DNA of 64,000 nucleotides from Candidatus Bathyarchaeota archaeon. Its GTDB lineage: Archaea; Thermoproteota; Bathyarchaeia; Hecatellales; Hecatellaceae. The notes under the pieces were generated by a model that saw only the letters and a program-made list of their open reading frames with translations, did not search any database and was not told where the DNA came from. Shown here piece by piece: positions 59,746 to 64,000 of the stretch (the first letter of the stretch is position 1; each line of letters starts with the position of its first letter). A program made the position numbers and the translations under genes. Where the stretch lies: positions 96,001 through 160,000 of the forward strand of contig JBQPWD010000002.1 in assembly GCA_052246995.1 (NCBI GenBank). Direction: 5' to 3'.

Positions 59746-61029
59746 TTAGTAAAAGGTTACGTATTTGTAAGCTAGGTCTCTCCTAAAGGAATAATGAATC
59801 ATACAGAAATTTTTCATGAAATTTTTAACTTTTTTCGCAACTGAAGCAGGATTTCTTTTTTCAATTACAACCTGCTTTATAAACTTTGAAACCTCCAACA
59901 TATCTTCCTCTTTTAATCCTAACCTTGTTAATTCAGCCGTTCCAAGCCTTATTCCGCTAGGATTACCCACCTTATCAAGATTGTCCCATGGTAAAAGATT
60001 TTTATTGCAAATTATATTTGATTTTTCTAGTAGTGTAGAAATAACCCCTCCACCGCCAAATTTTGACACATCAACCAAGATTTGATGCGTTTCGGTAAAA
60101 CCTTTATCGGCAGCAACAACATCAAAACCATCATTATATAATGATTCACCTAGCGCTTTGGCATTTTTTATAACCTGTTTAGCGTAACTTACACCAAACT
60201 TTTCAACCTCCAAGATGGATACAGCCAATGCAGGGATACGATGAAGATGATGATTACTTACAAGACCTGGAAAAACCGCTTTATCAATTTTTTCAGCCAG
60301 AACACTTTTACAGAATATTACTCCACCTTGAGGTCCTGGAAAAGTTTTATGAGTACTGCTTGTAACAACATCAGCTCCTTCTTCCAACGGGTTTTGAAAC
60401 TGTTTACCCGCTATTAATCCTAAAACATGGGAGGCATCATAAACCAGAACCCCTCCAATGTCGGTTAAGACATTTTTTATTTCCTTTACTGGTTGAGGAA
60501 AAAGTATTACACTACCACCAAGAAAACATAAAGAGGGTTTTACTTTCATGATCTTTGTTACAGAAGCGTCAACATCAATATTCATTTCTTCTTTATCAAA
60601 AACTAAAGTTTCAACTTTAAGACTTCTTAAGCCAGCTCCACCAAAATCCATACAGCTAATATGTCCTCCGTCAACCAAAGATAAAGTTACTATGGTGTCT
60701 CCAAGCTTTGTTAAAGCATAGATTACTGATAAATTGGCCTGAGAACCAGACAAAGGTTTTAAATTTACATGTTCAGCACCAAAAACCTTTTTTAACTTTT
60801 TTTTAGTGAAATCTTCAACTAAATCTATATATCTTGTTCCATTATAAAACCTATTAAACGGTTCACCTTCAGCGTATCTATGAGAAAAATCAGATGCTAA
60901 AAATTCTCTAACAGCTAAGCTGGTAATGTTTTCACTTGCAATAAGATTTATGCACTCGCTTCTCCACTTATGATGCATTTTTACAAGTTTTCTTATATAG
61001 CCGAGTCCCTCTTTACGCTCCTTTATCAT
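59746..61029 (-). CDS. glyA: Serine hydroxymethyltransferase
   Basis: LIASEN, YAEG, GGHISC, STHKTFPGPQGG, SGIRLGT. Confidence 0.96.
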   Translation of the reverse strand: MIKERKEGLGYIRKLVKMHHKWRSECINLIASENITSLAVREFLASDFSHRYAEGEPFNRFYNGTRYIDLVEDFTKKKLKKVFGAEHVNLKPLSGSQANLSVIYALTKLGDTIVTLSLVDGGHISCMDFGGAGLRSLKVETLVFDKEEMNIDVDASVTKIMKVKPSLCFLGGSVILFPQPVKEIKNVLTDIGGVLVYDASHVLGLIAGKQFQNPLEEGADVVTSSTHKTFPGPQGGVIFCKSVLAEKIDKAVFPGLVSNHHLHRIPALAVSILEVEKFGVSYAKQVIKNAKALGESLYNDGFDVVAADKGFTETHQILVDVSKFGGGGVISTLLEKSNIICNKNLLPWDNLDKVGNPSGIRLGTAELTRLGLKEEDMLEVSKFIKQVVIEKRNPASVAKKVKNFMKNFCMIHYSFRRDLAYKYVTFY

Positions 61030-61179
61030 TTAACTTTCACCCTTAAAGACAACTTAAACTAAACTTTAGGTTTTAATAGTTAAACTTTTTGTTTCCATGT
61101 TGTGATAAAAGTTATCAATAAAGAAGTAAATCAAAAGGTTGATTAAACATTTAACAACTTAAGTACATGAGGTTTTAAA

Positions 61180-62415
61180 ATGTTTTACCTTGAATGCATA
61201 GGTTGTCATGAAAAATACAGCCATTTAGATAGGGTCTACGTTTGTAAAAAATGTGGAGACCTCTTAACCGTGATGTACAATTATGATGAGCTAAGTCAAA
61301 AAATTGAAACTTTAAAGTGGAAAAAATATGCGTTATCTGTATGGAGGTATAAAGAGCTTCTACCAATTACTGATAAATCTAAGATTGTTAGCCTAGGAGA
61401 AGGGGGAACTAGACTTTATAGGTGTAGTAAACTTGAAAAAGAAGTTGGGGTTAAAAGGCTATATTTAAAAAACGAGGGAGAAAATCCTACTGGCTCATTT
61501 AAAGATAGAGGAATGACTGTTGGCATAACAAAGGCATTAGAGTACGGGGTTAAAGTTGTTATTTGCGCTTCAACAGGAAACACTTCAGCATCTCTTTCAG
61601 CTTATGCTGCAAAAGCCGGAATCAACTGTATAGTCATAATACCTGCTGGAAAAGTGGCTTATGGTAAGCTTGCTCAAGCCATCATTTACGGTGCGAAAAT
61701 TATTCAGGTTTCTGGAAATTTTGATGATGCATTAAAAATGGTTTTTAAACTTTCACTTGAGAGAGGTGAAATTTACCTTCTCAATTCAGTTAATCCTTAC
61801 CGGCTTGAGGGGCAAAAAACTTTAGCGTTTGAGGTTGTAGACCAGCTTAAGGGTTTAACTCCTGATAATGTTGTTGTTCCCGTGGGAAATGCTGGAAATA
61901 TAAGCGCAATATGGAAAGGATTTTTTGAGCTTAAGAAGCTAAATTTAGCTGAAAAGTTGCCAAGGATGTTTGGTGTTCAGGCTGAAGGTGCTGCTCCTAT
62001 CGCAAAGGCTGTAAAAAGTGGTGAGAAAACTATTAAACCCGTTCCTAACCCTGAAACTGTTGCTACAGCTATAAGAATAGGCTCACCTGTGAACTGGAAA
62101 AAGGCTATGGATGCTATTAAACAATCTAACGGTGGAGCTGAGATTGTCACAGACACGGAAATCTTGGAAGCCCAGAGAAAATTAGCCAAACTTGAGGGTT
62201 TATTTGTCGAACCTGCAAGTGCATCCTCAATCGCGGGTTTGAAAAGGCTTGTTGAAAGTGGAGAAATAAGTAAAGATGAAACAGTTGTTTGTGTTGCAAC
62301 AGGTCATGGCTTAAAGGATCCTGATACCCCTGTAAAGTTTCTTGGAGAAGAAATTGTTAAAATTGATATTAACTTTGAAGAACTCAAAAAAATTTTAGGG
62401 ATATTAAAAGGTTAA
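61180..62415 (+). CDS. thrC: Threonine synthase
   Basis: NPTGSFKDRG, ASTGNT, PVGNAGN; operon with hom and aspartokinase. Confidence 0.95.
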   Translation: MFYLECIGCHEKYSHLDRVYVCKKCGDLLTVMYNYDELSQKIETLKWKKYALSVWRYKELLPITDKSKIVSLGEGGTRLYRCSKLEKEVGVKRLYLKNEGENPTGSFKDRGMTVGITKALEYGVKVVICASTGNTSASLSAYAAKAGINCIVIIPAGKVAYGKLAQAIIYGAKIIQVSGNFDDALKMVFKLSLERGEIYLLNSVNPYRLEGQKTLAFEVVDQLKGLTPDNVVVPVGNAGNISAIWKGFFELKKLNLAEKLPRMFGVQAEGAAPIAKAVKSGEKTIKPVPNPETVATAIRIGSPVNWKKAMDAIKQSNGGAEIVTDTEILEAQRKLAKLEGLFVEPASASSIAGLKRLVESGEISKDETVVCVATGHGLKDPDTPVKFLGEEIVKIDINFEELKKILGILKG

Positions 62416-62427
62416 GAGGTTAAAGAG

Positions 62428-63447
62428 TTGAGAATAATCCTAATCGGGTTTGGAGTTGTAGGCCAAAATTTTTCAAAAATGATTGATAAAAGAATAAAAG
62501 AGTTAACTGAAAAATTCAAGTTTTATCCTAGAATTGTTGCCATTGTTGATAAAGGAGGTGCTGTAATAAATAAAAGAGGAATTAGCATAGAAGACGTATT
62601 AAAGGTGAAACATCAAAAAGGTTCAGTTGCCTATGTTGATGAATTTGGTATAAAAGATTTGGAGGGCAGTAAGGTAATAGAGGAAGTTGATGCTGATGTT
62701 GTTGTTGAAACAACTCCAACAAACATTACTAACGGGGAACCAGGACTAACCCATATTAGAACTGCTTTAAAGACGGGGAAACATGTTGTAACAACCAATA
62801 AAGGTCCATTAGCTTTAGCTTTCCCAGCATTGATGGAGCTTGCCAACCATAACAATCTTTTCCTTAGATTTAGTGGGTGTGTTGGCGGTGGCACACCAAT
62901 TCTAAATTTTGCTAAAAAATGTTTACTTGGGGATTACATAATTTCATTCAAAGGTATCTTAAACGGAACAACAAATTATATTCTTACAAGGATGGCTACC
63001 GATAAAATCTCCTTTGAAGAAGCTCTTTCAGAAGCTCGAAGGGCAGGTTATGCTGAGGCTGATCCATCTCTAGATGTTGATGGATGGGATTCTGCGTGCA
63101 AGCTTGTGATTCTATCTAATTGGATTTTTGGTACTAAAGCTGTGTTGCAAGATGTTAAAGTAAATGGTATTAGAGGTATCACGTTAGCTGATGTTGAAGA
63201 TGCGTTAAGACAAAATTGTGAAGTTAAACTTATAGCTTCGGCTGAAAATGGTAAACTTGAGGTTAAACCTCAACCAATTCAAAAAACACATCCATTATGC
63301 GTTGGCGGTATACTTAATGCAGTAACATTTGTATCTACCTATGCTGGCGAAGAAACTATTATCGGTAAGGGTGCAGGAGGAATTGAAACTGCAAGTGCAA
63401 TTTTAAGAGATTTACTTATTATAAAGGAGGGTATGCTAAAAGTTTAA
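62428..63447 (+). CDS. hom: Homoserine dehydrogenase
   Basis: GFGVVG, NKGP, GILNGTTN, GYAEADP, GAGG.ETA. Confidence 0.95.
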   Translation: MRIILIGFGVVGQNFSKMIDKRIKELTEKFKFYPRIVAIVDKGGAVINKRGISIEDVLKVKHQKGSVAYVDEFGIKDLEGSKVIEEVDADVVVETTPTNITNGEPGLTHIRTALKTGKHVVTTNKGPLALAFPALMELANHNNLFLRFSGCVGGGTPILNFAKKCLLGDYIISFKGILNGTTNYILTRMATDKISFEEALSEARRAGYAEADPSLDVDGWDSACKLVILSNWIFGTKAVLQDVKVNGIRGITLADVEDALRQNCEVKLIASAENGKLEVKPQPIQKTHPLCVGGILNAVTFVSTYAGEETIIGKGAGGIETASAILRDLLIIKEGMLKV

Positions 63448-63484
63448 ATGCCTAAATTTACACCTTTAATTTTTTTAGATAAAA

Positions 63485-64000
63485 ATGAAGCTTATTATGA
63501 AGTTTGGAGGAACATCTGTCGCTGATGGGAAAAGAATTTCGCATGTTGCTAATCTTATAGAGGAGTATGCAAAAGAGAATAAAATTGTTGTTGTGGTTTC
63601 AGCTTTAGCTGGTGTAACCGACCAACTTTTTGAAGTTTGTAAAAATGTAATTAAGTGTGAAAAAGGATTTATTGAAGAGTTTATTAAAGAGTTTAGTGAA
63701 AAACATGTTAAAGCAGCATGTAAAGCAGTCTCCAACCCTTATGTTTTAGAAAATGTAAAAGCAACTATTAATGAAACCACGAATGAGCTTAAAAATGTTT
63801 TATATGGAATTTCTTATCTTCGGGAAATTACCCCAAGGATACTAGACTACGTAGTTTCTTTTGGAGAAAGATTGTCAGCTCCAATAGTTTGTGGTGCGTT
63901 AAAAAGTAATGGTATTAAATCAGAATGGTTTACTGGAGGAGATGCTGGAATTGTTACTGATTCAAATTTTGGGAATGCAAATCCGCTTATGGAGTTAACG
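63485..64000 (+). CDS. lysC: Aspartate kinase (5' part; runs off window edge)
   Basis: Not in ORF track; ATG 63485 gives MKLIMKFGGTSV...VVSALAGVTDQL...SFGERLS. Confidence 0.92.
   Translation, partial: MKLIMKFGGTSVADGKRISHVANLIEEYAKENKIVVVVSALAGVTDQLFEVCKNVIKCEKGFIEEFIKEFSEKHVKAACKAVSNPYVLENVKATINETTNELKNVLYGISYLREITPRILDYVVSFGERLSAPIVCGALKSNGIKSEWFTGGDAGIVTDSNFGNANPLMELT

Noticed and set aside
61067-61099. Mini-ORF METKSLTIKT* upstream of glyA (minus strand)
   Set aside because: No Ser/Gly codon enrichment; shows how easily such ORFs arise by chance
1147-63735. Numerous 60-190 aa antisense or alternate-frame ORFs in the track (e.g. 32246..32830, 47720..48175, 40987..41355, 63475..63735)
   Set aside because: Shadows of well-supported genes on the opposite strand or frame; no motifs or independent expression signals

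Overview
AT-rich archaeal chromosomal segment, most consistent with Bathyarchaeia (TACK). This is an inference from crenarchaeal-type PolB1, an arcadin-1-like gene, grpE-dnaK, the AroA'/AroB' route, CarS and archaeal CitG. Most of it is housekeeping: polyamine/hypusine genes (dys, speB, pdaD), a heat-shock cluster (hsp20, PAC2, grpE, dnaK, no dnaJ), acyl-CoA metabolism (4-hydroxybutyryl-CoA dehydratase family, CaiB, enoyl-CoA hydratase, acyl-CoA dehydrogenase, FixCX, GlcD/CCG), leu/ile/arg genes, a complete ASA-dependent shikimate operon with its own aspartokinase and asd, ser/gly/his genes and a thr operon. There are three tRNAs: Ser-GCT, Pro-TGG and Gln-CTG with an 18-nt BHB intron. The region around tRNA-Ser looks like a decayed integration hot spot. 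Strongest unexplained signals: (i) a solo tyrosine recombinase directly preceded by a perfect 14-6-14 dif/lox-like inverted repeat plus a third half-site on its promoter, with TCCAA-N4-TTGGA repeats nearby; (ii) a 58-codon Trp-Trp leader ORF, below the ORF-track cutoff, whose stop overlaps the start of the shikimate operon; (iii) a wHTH/solute-binding-domain regulator with a visible palindromic operator in front of a divergent Na+/solute symporter; (iv) a stand-alone arcadin-1 homolog. No CRISPR array, rRNA or intact IS element was seen. All family calls come from motif recognition by eye, not database searches.
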